Shown here piece by piece: positions 54,480 to 64,000 of a stretch of DNA of 64,000 bases; the stretch's first letter is position 1, and each line of letters starts with the position of its first letter. A model generated the notes under the pieces. That model was not told where the DNA came from and searched no databases. It saw only the letters and a list, made by a program, of their open reading frames with translations. Where the stretch lies: positions 1,210,217-1,274,216 of the forward strand of contig ML996690.1 in assembly GCA_010356995.1 (NCBI GenBank). Direction: 5' to 3'. The position numbers and the translations under genes were made by a program. This DNA is from Trichodelitschia bisporula. Taxonomy: Eukaryota.

Positions 54480-54939
54480 ATGGCGACCCCTTTCATCGTT
54501 AAAACTAAGCAGTCGACTACAGGAGCCCCGCTTACCTACCTTTCCTCTATCGAACCACTCCCTCCCCTTCCAACGTCGCGAGTTCCAAGTAGAACACTTT
54601 GTTAGCCTTCCCCCAGCTATCTTTCTCAAAATCTGCTCTTTTCTTCCAGAAGATTCATTCCTAGCCTTCGCCCTTACCTCTCGCGCTATGGATATCTTGG
54701 AAATGTGTTTGGAAACAGACGCTTCCAATGAGAGAGTTTTAGGCTCCACGGAGTTCCTTAGGGAGGCCTTCCAGGTGCTTGGATTTTCGGCCGAATAGAG
54801 AATGTTCGATAGGGCGATATCTACCCCGCTTGATTTTGACACTTGGTTAGAGCAAGTCTCCGAAGCAAACGAGCAAATGAACGCACGACACAAGGAAGTA
54901 GCAAAGGAGAATACTTGGCATCTTGTATTTAAGTCTTGA
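54480..54939 (+). pseudogene. F-box-like gene copy 3 (+1 frameshift near 54565 and in-frame TAG at 54796)
   Basis: MATPFIVKTKQSTTGAPLTY..EPLP/FQRREFQVEHFVSLPPAIFLKICSFLPEDSFLAFALTS..AE*RMF..TWHLVFKS*. Confidence 0.75.
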
Positions 54940-55072
54940 GAGTCTATGACTCTCTTCCTCTCCTCGTCGTCTACTTCAGTCTTCAGTTTGCACAGTTACC
55001 GTTGCACGTGTTAGAGCCTTTGATCCCATCAGGCCAGACCACGCGATTAGCTCGAATCGAAGCTCGAACAGC

Positions 55073-56152
55073 TCAAATCTCAGTACTAATCTCATTCAAC
55101 CACGGAATTGAGCTCTGAGCCCCCTTATTCTGAGTCGCTTTCGACGCCGCCTTCTGCGCAAACACCATCGCCCTCGTCATAGTCGCATCAGTCGCATCCA
55201 CACCCGCCGCCGCAACCCGCACCGCATACGCGCCAACAAACGTATCCCCTGCGCCCGTCGTATCAACAACCTTCACTTTTGGCGCGGCCTGTCTTATGCC
55301 CGGCATGCCCATCTTCTGTAGCGCTGCAGACTTGAAAAACGCCCCCTCAGCGCCCAGCGTGACCACCACGTACCGAACTCCGAGCTCGATAAATCGTGCA
55401 GCCAGTGCATCAAGATCAGATGGATCAGCCAGCGCTGGGGCGAACGAGTGAGCGAGCAGTTCGGCCTCACTCTGATTGAGAATCAGGTGCGTGATGTCGC
55501 GGTAGATATCAAGCGGCAGCGCCTGCGCCGGCGCGGGATTAAGGATGACCTACCTCGTCAGCGCGGCGACACTATGCGGGACTACGCACCTGCGCGCCGC
55601 TCGCCCTCGCCCTCCGGATATGATACAGCACCTGCGTCCGTTACCACCGCACCCCCGCCAGCCGGGGAAGGCGCATACCACATCCAACGGCGTCTCAAGC
55701 TGAAAAAGCACCAGATCGCCATAATCTCCACTCATAACCAGCGCATCGCTCGGCGTGAGGGCAAAATTCGCCCCGGGCGTAAACAGGATGCAATTCTCCC
55801 CCGTGCCCTCCTCCACCATGATCACTGCCGTGCCCGTCTGCGCCCCCTCGATCACCTTCACGCCCTGCACGTCCATCCCATCGGCCTCGAGGCTGTTCAG
55901 CATCGCGGGGCCGAATTGGTCGGCTCCGACGGCGCCGATCATCCGCACGGGTGCGCTGGCGGGCGAGTGGTCGGTTTGGGAGCGGAGGCGGGAGGAGCGC
56001 AGGGCGGCGACGGCTTGGTTGGCGCCTTTGCCGCCCCAGCCGACGTCGAAGGAGGTGGCGCGGAGGGTTTCGCCGGGTTTGGGGAGGCGCGGGGTTACGG
56101 TTACCATGTCGGTGTTGAGGGAGCCGATGACGGTTATTACGGGTGGGGTCAT
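55073..56152 (-). CDS. RBK1: Ribokinase (PfkB family; with introns)
   Basis: VIGSLNTDMV..RLPKPGET, GGKGANQAVA, MIGAVGAD.FG, QLETP, ILNPAPA, VVTLGAEG, VVDTTGAGDTFVGA. Confidence 0.95.
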
Positions 56153-56303
56153 GGTTACGGTACGGTTGTGGATGGCAAATTCTACATGCATGTCGTGACC
56201 TTGAGCGACGTGATGTCGTGCAGGTTGATGGTCAGGTGATGTGAAGCTGTTGGTTGTTGCCGCGCCGGACAAACGTTGCTCAGACCGGACCAACACCACC
56301 ACC

Positions 56304-57116
56304 ATGGCTGTGCCGAATGCGCTGAGTGACGAAATCACGTCCATCAATGCCATCTACGACTCAGAAACGCTGGTCCTCGTGTCAGAAGACCCGTTGATAT
56401 GTACACTCCAGCTACCGCAGCTATCCATCACCCTCCGCCTCCAGTTCCCTTCAGATTACCCAGACGGCCCACCTGTAGTGCTCGGTACACAAACGGTTGG
56501 AGAAAATGTCCCGCAGGGCCTCGGACATGAGGTAGTCGACATAGCACGCCGTGTATTAGGGGAGATGTACGCGCCAGGGGAGGAATGCGTGTTCATGTTG
56601 ATTGAAGAAATCGCGCAGCGGGCGGTGCAATATCAGCCGAACGACAACGAGCACATTAGCCACGAGGAAGCCCCGGACCCACCACCGCAGGATCTCGGCC
56701 CCCCGCCTCCCTGGAACGTGGCCGAGGCCATCATCGAGAAGCGCAGCGTGTTTGTGGGCCGCGCTGTTGCGGTCGAGTCGGTCGACCAGGCGAAGCAGTA
56801 CCTACAACATCTCCTCGCGACCGACAAAAAGGTCGCCAAGGCAACGCACAACATGACCGCGTGGCGTATCCGCGGCCCCAACGGCACCACCTTTCAGGAC
56901 TGCGACGACGACGGCGAAAACGCAGCTGGTGGCCGCATGCTGCACCTAATGCAGTCCATGGACGTGTGGGACGTTATGGTGGTCGTGACGCGGTGGTACG
57001 GCGGCGTCTTGCTGGGACCTGACCGCTTTCGCATCATCAATAATGCTGCGCGCGATGCACTGGTGGCAGGCGGCTTCGCGAAGGAGAAGGAGACCAAGCG
57101 GAAGGGCAAGCGGTAG
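56304..57116 (+). CDS. YIH1: IMPACT/Yih1 protein (RWD + UPF0029)
   Basis: DEITSINAIY, FPSDYPDGPP, EKRSVF, KATHNMTAWR, QDCDDDGENAAGGRML, VVTRWYGGVLLGPDRFRIIN. Confidence 0.95.
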   Translation: MAVPNALSDEITSINAIYDSETLVLVSEDPLICTLQLPQLSITLRLQFPSDYPDGPPVVLGTQTVGENVPQGLGHEVVDIARRVLGEMYAPGEECVFMLIEEIAQRAVQYQPNDNEHISHEEAPDPPPQDLGPPPPWNVAEAIIEKRSVFVGRAVAVESVDQAKQYLQHLLATDKKVAKATHNMTAWRIRGPNGTTFQDCDDDGENAAGGRMLHLMQSMDVWDVMVVVTRWYGGVLLGPDRFRIINNAARDALVAGGFAKEKETKRKGKR

Positions 57117-57727
57117 CCGAGTCGGCAGTTCTTACCTCTCTGGAACGCATATTGCGCAATTTGCCGTGGAATGTATGGTGCCTTGCTTGCTGGCACTTCA
57201 ATTCCGGCCAAGGTCGTTGCCGCCTGGGTACCATGAGGGTGCCATCGGCCGACCTCAGGCGCTCGCATCGGCTGGCAGTCTCGTTGGCTCATAGGACACC
57301 AGTTGCTGAGTGCTACCGAAAATTTCCCACGAGATCAGACGTCAGCAATATCGGGCAAGCTTATTTGGGCCAAGAGAGCGAAGCGCCAGTCGAGAGTGGT
57401 ACTCGCCACCCTATGAACTGACGGGCAATCTGGGTCTGGCCTGCGGATCGCAGGGAAATTGAACCTCTTCCCAAGGATATTCCTCGCTCTCTACAGTGTC
57501 CCCACAACCCACTGGTCCAGTACCCGTCAACCAATTTGTTTTGGGTGGCGCCATAACCTCCTTGCGGCAAGCCCTATGTTTTACACATGGCCTCGTTTCA
57601 TACATGTTGAGGCGCAGTGACGCAGCCCCAACACTCAGCCACAGAAGCGAAAGTGGCAGCCAAGAATATATGCTCATTCCGCCCAGTGTCAACACGTAAC
57701 ACCGAACATCCACCCTCGCCGCCCATC

Positions 57728-58173
57728 ATGAACACCTTCCCGGCCTTCCACCTCGAGCCAAGAGCCGCCAAGTAGGTACACGGAACCCGTTACCAGCTTT
57801 GATACTAACACTTATTGTAGACAGACATGCTCCTACGACAAGCACCATAACCTTGTCTGCAAGAAGGAGTCGTTCTTCCACCGCGTGGGCCGCTACATCC
57901 TGATCGGTGTGCTCCTCTTCCTGCTCCTGACCTTTTTGTGCTGCTGCCTCTGGTAACGTCCCCATGTTCCGGTGACTTCGCCTACCCTCGTCTCCTAACG
58001 TCGTCAGCTGCTTGAAGATGCGCAAGAAGAAGGCCAAGAACATAACCGACCCTAACGCACCCGCTCAGCACCAAAAATCAGGTCTCCTCAGCTTCCTGCC
58101 ATTCAAGAAGAAGCAGCCGCCGCAAGGCTACGACATGGGCAATCCGCAAGCGCATCCGTACGGGGGTGCCTAA
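57728..58173 (+). CDS. 113-aa single-pass membrane protein with Cys cluster (2 introns; absent from the ORF track)
   Basis: Exons 57728-57771, 57821-57952 and 58008-58173 splice in frame via GT..CTAAC..AG introns, giving ..YILIGVLLFLLLTFLCCCLCCLKMRKKK..PPQGY. Confidence 0.8.
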
Positions 58174-59880
58174 GGCCGGAAGTATTTTTAACCGCGGAGC
58201 TTAGTCCGACATTGCCAAGAGGGGGGTGCGCAAGCGCAGGCACTGCAGACGCAAGCGCTTTCAATTGCGAACGACGGGGTCTGGGCAGGGCAGTGGTGCC
58301 TGGCGGACCTGTAACTAGTATTCAATGACAGGAGATGTTAATGCGTTGAGATATTTTGCCGTCCGACCGTTGCCACCATGTCCAGAATCTTAACCCGTAA
58401 GCTTTTTTCCGTGTTGCTGACTCCGCCTGCAGCTCGGTTGTGGCCCGGCGTGCGGAGGCGCGGCAGTGTGGGGAAGCCTGGCGGGTGCCGGAAGCTTAAC
58501 GGCGATATGCCCGTCGATCACGGATACTGCGCCAAGTGCGGGGGAGACAGCAAAAATCAACCTCAGTCGTTGCGGCAGGAGCATAAACAGCGGAAAAACA
58601 AGCGCCGACGACGGAAAATGGATCACGACATATGACATTCTAGATGCCCCTGATCTGGCGCATCTGGCTAGAACAAACCGCGCACGCCCCGAACGCTTCG
58701 CTCCGATTTCTGGAATCCGGTATTCCGCTACCAAATAGCGCCATCTAGACGCTCGCTCTCGGGCGGCCAAAAATATCTACTGGTCCGAGTTTGGAGCAAC
58801 TTGCGCTCGCCCCGGTGTGAAGCTCGCAAAACCCTCAAAAGCCCTTTGACAAAGACGTGTTGCCGAACAGTGCCTTGGTGGGGCTGGTTTCGTGGACGTA
58901 ACAGAAACTTGTACGTGCGAATAGTTGCCCGAGCACGCACGGCGCGAGATGACTTCATATATGAAGGTAGATTGCGAGCTGACGAGGACAACCCCCCTGC
59001 CGTGATGCCACCGAGGCGTCCGTGTCTCAGATCCATTACCCGGGCCTGGGGGTCGAGCCCCTACCCTCCCCGCACGCCAATAAAAGCTTGGTGGTATGGT
59101 TATTTTGCGCTGATGAGCTTCTATGGGGTCTATGAGATTCTATTGAACACGATGGGTTCATTCTCCGCGATGCTGGACGTCGCGCAGGCATCAGAAGTCG
59201 CCAATCTGGCAAAACTAGATGAGCCGTCAGCACCGGAAAATACGCTCCTAACGCCATGTCGCTCTTCCGGTGAGGAGAGAAGGCGATGTTCGCCCTCCAA
59301 GATAACATACACAAGCACTCTAAGCTTTCGCCAAGTGCATCGAAACGAGCGCATCGCGACCTTTCATTCCCACCCCCGGCTTCTTCCCCCCCCCCCACGA
59401 CATACCACGAAGACCATCCGTCTGGCCCCGCGGCGTAATTTCGGTCCGTCTGTCACGTCGGCGAGCCCCTCCTATTGCCTGTCATGACGCCATGCAGCGC
59501 CTGTCCGTCGGCCCGCCAAGTACGGGCAATATGCGCAGACAACCGGAGCACGGGTTCGAGGTCGCAGGCTCTCTGGCCGCGGCGCGCCGCCGCGGCTGCG
59601 GAGGGCGTAGATTGCGCGCGGCCACGAGGTGCTATCTTCGTCCTTCGCGGAGAAACGCAATTTAGGCCTGGCAGAGGCCAAGATGCGTAGATGGCGATGG
59701 GCGTACCACGGTGTTGAGGTATGGGAGTTCGGGAAAAGCGAATTCCCCACCAACGAGGCGTCGCCTCCGCGAGGCTGGAAGTTGTATAAGAAGAGCAGCG
59801 GGATCGTCTGTTTCGAAATCCAGTTCTACAACCAGCATCCACTCATTCGATCAGCTGCACCAGCAACCCACACACTCACT

Positions 59881-60665
59881 ATGCATTTCACCAAGGCCAT
59901 CGCCCTGGCCATCCTGGGCTACAGGTTCGCACCCTCCCGCCCCCCCCACCTCTTCACCCAGCTAACCTCCCCCCCAGCGCCCTCGCCTTCGCCGCCCCCG
60001 TCGAAGCCACCACCGAGATCGCCCCGGCCGTAGCCGAAGTCGCCGCCCCGCAGGTCGTAGCGGTCCAAGCCGACGACCGCGACCGCTACGAGCGCGAGCG
60101 CCGCGAACGCGAGGAGCGCGAGAGGCGCGAGCGTGAGGAGCGTGAGCGCCGCGAGCACGGCCGCGGCGGCGACGACCGTGACCGTTATGAGCGCGAGCGC
60201 CGCGAGCGCGAGGAACGTGAACGCCGCGAGCGCGAGCGTGAGCGGGAGCGGGAGAGGGAGCGCGAGCGCGAGCGCCGTGAACGTGAGGAGCGTGAGCGTC
60301 GTGAGCGCGAGCATCGTGGTGGGCCGAGGGATCGGGATGGGCGGGACCGCGACCACCCCCGGGATCGGAATGGGTGGAAGCGCGATGTTGCCACTACTGA
60401 GGTTGCTGCGGATCGGCCTGGTGAGCACCGCGGGGATGATCGGCGCGAGAGGGAGGAGCGTGAGCGGCGCGAACGTGAGGAGCGTGAGCATCGCGAGCGG
60501 GAGCGCGAGCGGGAGCGGGAGAGGGAGCGCGAGCGTGAGCGCCGCGAGAGGGAGGAGCGTGAGCGCCGCGAGCGTGAGCATCGTGGCGATCGTGACCACC
60601 GTGGGGACCGTGATCACCGTGGGGACCGTGGCCGCGAGCACAACCGCGGGGGCAATGGCTGGTAA
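59881..60665 (+). CDS. Secreted 243-aa Glu/Arg-rich two-unit precursor with a KR site (1 intron; absent from the ORF track in its true frame)
   Basis: Exons 59881-59924 and 59978-60665: MHFTKAIALAILGYSALAFAAPVE..(ER)n..RNGW-KR-DVATTEVAA..(ER)n..GNGW-stop. TATAAG lies about 95 bp upstream. Confidence 0.85.
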
Positions 60666-60906
60666 ATGCTCGGTTTTGAGGGGGGTGTGAAGGTGGGATG
60701 GCAAGGTGGTGGTTATCTTCCAAAACGGGCATGCCCGGTCTCTGTCGTTTCCGATTTTGAATTTTTGTTTTGCTAGGTAGCTGATCAATAAGCCTCAGAA
60801 TTGCGAAACTGCGGGTCCGAGTGCTTCGCGCGATATTAGGGAATGCGTTTTTAGGTCTGCTTTCTGCCTCAGCCTCCTTGTCTGTCTACCCGGCATTACG
60901 CCGAAT

Positions 60907-61362
60907 CTAGGTTACTGGCGTACCCAGCCAGAGATCCCACTCATCAGGATCAGTATACCCAAGAACTGATATTGCCCACATCAACCTTTCGAACATTTCC
61001 CATTCGTCCTTAGTATGAGGCGAGTCGTTCGCTTCCTTGATGTCTGGCGGGCGGCCTGGCCACGCGTTGTCGCGCATGAACGCGTATGCCCTAAACCATC
61101 TTTGGAGGGTATACATGGCGTAACAGGTAAGGGCGAAAGCCGGAACTGAATCCTCTCGAAGAAGAGAAAATATGTTGAAAAGGATAACTGTGGGAAGACT
61201 AGTGAAGCGTTCCTCGGCCTGGAACTCGCGACGTTGGACGGGAGGGAGTGGTTCGGTACGAGTAGAGGAGAAGTAGGTAAGCGGATCTCCCGTGGTCGAC
61301 TTCTTGGTTTTGATGGTAAAAGAAGCCCCATAATAGCTAGGGTTTTGAGGAGAGGTCGCCAT
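60907..61362 (-). CDS. Small F-box-like protein, intact copy 4 (frame open upstream to 61620)
   Basis: RFTSLPTVILFNIFSLLREDSVPAFALTCYAMY fits the LP..I...IF..L......ALTC F-box pattern. The ATG aligns with those of copies 1 and 3. Confidence 0.6.
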   Translation of the reverse strand: MATSPQNPSYYGASFTIKTKKSTTGDPLTYFSSTRTEPLPPVQRREFQAEERFTSLPTVILFNIFSLLREDSVPAFALTCYAMYTLQRWFRAYAFMRDNAWPGRPPDIKEANDSPHTKDEWEMFERLMWAISVLGYTDPDEWDLWLGTPVT

Positions 61363-62006
61363 ATCGATAATGATGATGATTGTAGGGAGTATGAGGATGA
61401 TGGCGGAGGTAAGGATGATACGGCGTTGAGGGGATCCAGCTTTTATCCTGGAGTCGGCACGATAAGGCTGAAAGGGGGTAGTGCATCCTGCTGACTTAGC
61501 ATCCACGGCGTAAAGACGTAGAGCATTTTGCATACTATCCATCGAAGAGAAGATAGGTTCAGGTAAGTTTTGTGCTTCGAACATGAGTAGGCCTTCTGCG
61601 TCAGCGAATATGTCAATCATTGATATAGGTACGCAGGGGAAGAAAGAGCGTCACAGCCGAGCCCGCTTCCAGATTGTAGACTGAAAGCTCCCGCGTTGAC
61701 AATATGACTATGCCGAGCGACAGATAGATGCGTAAACTCGGTCTGGGGAAGCATCCAGATGCTAGAGCAACACCTAACAAGGTGGTAAAACTTCATTGTG
61801 TGTTTGCGAGCTGATATTCTCTCCCTAACTCAACGCGTGTAACGCCTTTTTCTCCCCCCGCGTCCCCAGCTAGCGTACTCCGACTATCACCACGTGCCGA
61901 TAAGACTTTCGTACCTGCGCCTCGAACCAGAACTTCAAGCTGTGATGCCCAAACACATCGCAACACCCCTCCATCAACAGCAAATCCCGCCTCCACGAAC
62001 CCCACA

Positions 62007-62822
62007 ATGTCCCTCGAGCCCCTCACCTCAGCCCCCACCGCCTCGCAATTCACCCCGCTCTCCGAGCACCAATCTCACACCCCCACCACCTTCTTCGGCG
62101 GCCCCGCCGTCCTGCACTACCACAGCCCCGCCTCCTCCCTCATCATCTCAAAAGCAGATTACGACCGCTACGCCCTGGTCCGCAACCTATGTGCCACGCC
62201 CCCCGCTGAAGACGCCGCAGACGTTCAAATAACCGGCGTGGATGTGTGGATAACCTCCGCGTATGCCCCTCGACCCCCCTTCCCCCACTTCTCGTACACC
62301 GCCTAACAAACCTCCAGCAACGTCCTCCTCTTCTCCCCCACCGCCTCCACAGGCCTCTCAATCTCCTACCCCATCATCGCCCTGCACGCACTGGGCACAT
62401 ACCCACCCACCTCCGCGCCGATGGTCTACCTCCAGCTCGACCTGTACGACGTAGAGCAGAGCAACTCAGACGACGACATCGAGACGCTGCACCTGAACAT
62501 CATCCCAGCCTCGGCCGGAGAGGGAGCGGCCGCAGACACCGCCACCCCCCCGGCGAAACAGCTCTTCGAAGCGCTGTGCGCCTGCGCAGACCTGAATCCC
62601 GACACTGAGGAGGACGGGGAAACGCCGGATGAAACGGCGCCGGGGGCAACGGGGTGGATTACTTCAGAGAACATGGCGGACTTCATGGATGCAGACGGGA
62701 ACTTTATCGGCGCGACGGAGCTAGGCCCAGGGGCAGGGACCGTACGCGGTCGGGAGGACGACGAAGTCGAAGACAACGACGGGACAAACGGGGAGGACAG
62801 CAAGTGGCAGCGTACAGAATAG
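62007..62822 (+). CDS. LOT5: Lot5/ICln-like protein (Voldacs domain; 1 intron)
   Basis: FTPLSEHQSHTPTTFF..VLHY, GLSISYPIIALHA, LFEALCACADLNPD, GWITSENM, LGPGAGTVR. Confidence 0.88.
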
Positions 62823-62875
62823 TCTCCGCCTCCTCAATTCCATAGCTCACAAAAAAAGCAATCCCACACACCCAC

Positions 62876-63337
62876 TTAACTCAACCGATCCCCCTTCCGA
62901 CTCCTCCACACCTCACTAGCCTCATACTTGCTCTTCTCCCTCTCCTGCTCCGCCTGCGTCTCCGGTGCATGTCTCGTCGGCGCCGGGTCGGAGCTCGCCT
63001 CCCTACTCGGCTCGCCCGTGAAATCGCTCACCGCGTGCCCGTTCTGTGAGCGCCGGGCCCCTAGCGCCGCCAATGGACCCTCTGCGCTCTCTTTCACCGA
63101 CCCCGGATGCCGCGCGCCGTACTCAGCGTCCCGCAGGGCTTGTTGCCGGGCGGCGAGTTCGCGGTCCCGTGCGGATTTCGCAGCGCGCTCGGCGTTGATG
63201 CTGCGTTTGGCGAAGACGTAGGCGCCGCCGCCCGCGGCGATGAGCACCAGCCAGCCGTAGCCTACGGAGCGGACCTAGAGGTGCTGGTTAGCATTGCAAC
63301 GCGAGGAGAAGGGCCGGAGGAAGCGGACTGTATTCAT
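62876..63337 (-). CDS. DUF4748-like small membrane protein (1 intron)
   Basis: MNT|VRSVGYGWLVLIAAGGGAYVFAKRSINAER..DPAPTRHAP..KSKYEA..RSRKGDRLS. Confidence 0.82.
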
Positions 63338-64000
63338 TGTTCTATCTGGCGGTGAGAATTAATTGTTTGAGTTGTTTAGGGAGAAATTGCGGGGATTGTT
63401 TGGAGAGGGATTGGTGGTAATGCTTGGTGGAGGATGCTGTGTGCCCTACGAGGTTGGAAACTTTTGGTGAAGTGGTGCCACCTCCGCCCGCCGCCACGCT
63501 TGGCTGCGGGAGTGGCGCGGCGTAGGGCTGGGAAGCGTGGGGTGTGGCGCGAGCTGGGGCTGCTATGGCGGGTGGGTGGGCGAGGAGGGGTCGGCGGCGT
63601 GCTATGAGCTTCCATTGAGCTATGAGGGGCTATCCAGTTTACATCATTGCTTGTGCTTCGCTGTCTGGGACTGTGAGACCAATGTCTGCTCTTCATTTCA
63701 TCGGGCATTATCGCGAGTGATACTGTACGGGAGACCCATCGCGCGGTTCCTAAGTTCGCCCTTGTCTTTCAGTACGCGGTGCGCTCCGGCATGGGCAAAG
63801 GAACACCAATTCCCCTCGTTCAACCACTCGGGTATGCTCGCATATATCATGCGTCCTCGTGGTTTTCACATCATCACTTATTATTTTTTGAGTTATAAGT
63901 TTGCAATTAGTTTCATCTCGCATCAATTCGGCTCAATGGTCTAGAGGTATGATTCTCGCTTCGGGCCATTCATTACTCCCCCCAGCCCAGCTGGGTTCCT

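Noticed and set aside
59919..60788. ORF-track proteins rich in Leu/Ala/Thr (-) or Ser/Ala/Val (+)
   Set aside because: Shadow frames of the GAGCGC repeat. The spliced ER-rich frame has a signal peptide and a canonical intron.
52141..61620. Inverted F-box-like copies as transposon terminal repeats or Starship ends
   Set aside because: No transposase or tyrosine recombinase, the copies are diverged and gene-like, and the enclosed genes are mostly housekeeping.

Overview
GC-rich, intron-containing genomic DNA from a filamentous ascomycete (short GT..AG introns with CTRAY branch points). About 21 protein-coding genes can be reconstructed. Housekeeping genes: RTT109, CFIm25/NUDT21, thiolase-like protein, dephospho-CoA kinase, ankyrin asparaginase, NmrA, mitochondrial bL19, ribokinase, IMPACT/YIH1, LOT5/ICln and DUF4748. 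Accessory content: (1) a head-to-head AA8 cytochrome / AA9 LPMO pair; (2) a killer-toxin-like (subgroup C) GH18 chitinase flanked by two LysM genes and a small cytosolic gene, whose C-terminal domain follows Kex2-type sites and carries an HNH-like motif, suggesting a chitinase-delivered toxin cassette; (3) an apparently intronless ~4,770-codon orphan ORF built from several tiers of internal repeats, with one assembly gap; (4) a divergent glutamate-cysteine ligase paralogue; (5) a decayed tandem triplication of an F-box-like gene, with an intact inverted copy and a dispersed fragment 47 kb away; (6) a spliced gene, missing from the ORF track, for a secreted Glu/Arg-rich two-unit precursor split by a KR site. 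No tRNA, rRNA, CRISPR array or intact transposon was recognised. All family calls come from motif recognition by eye, not from database searches.
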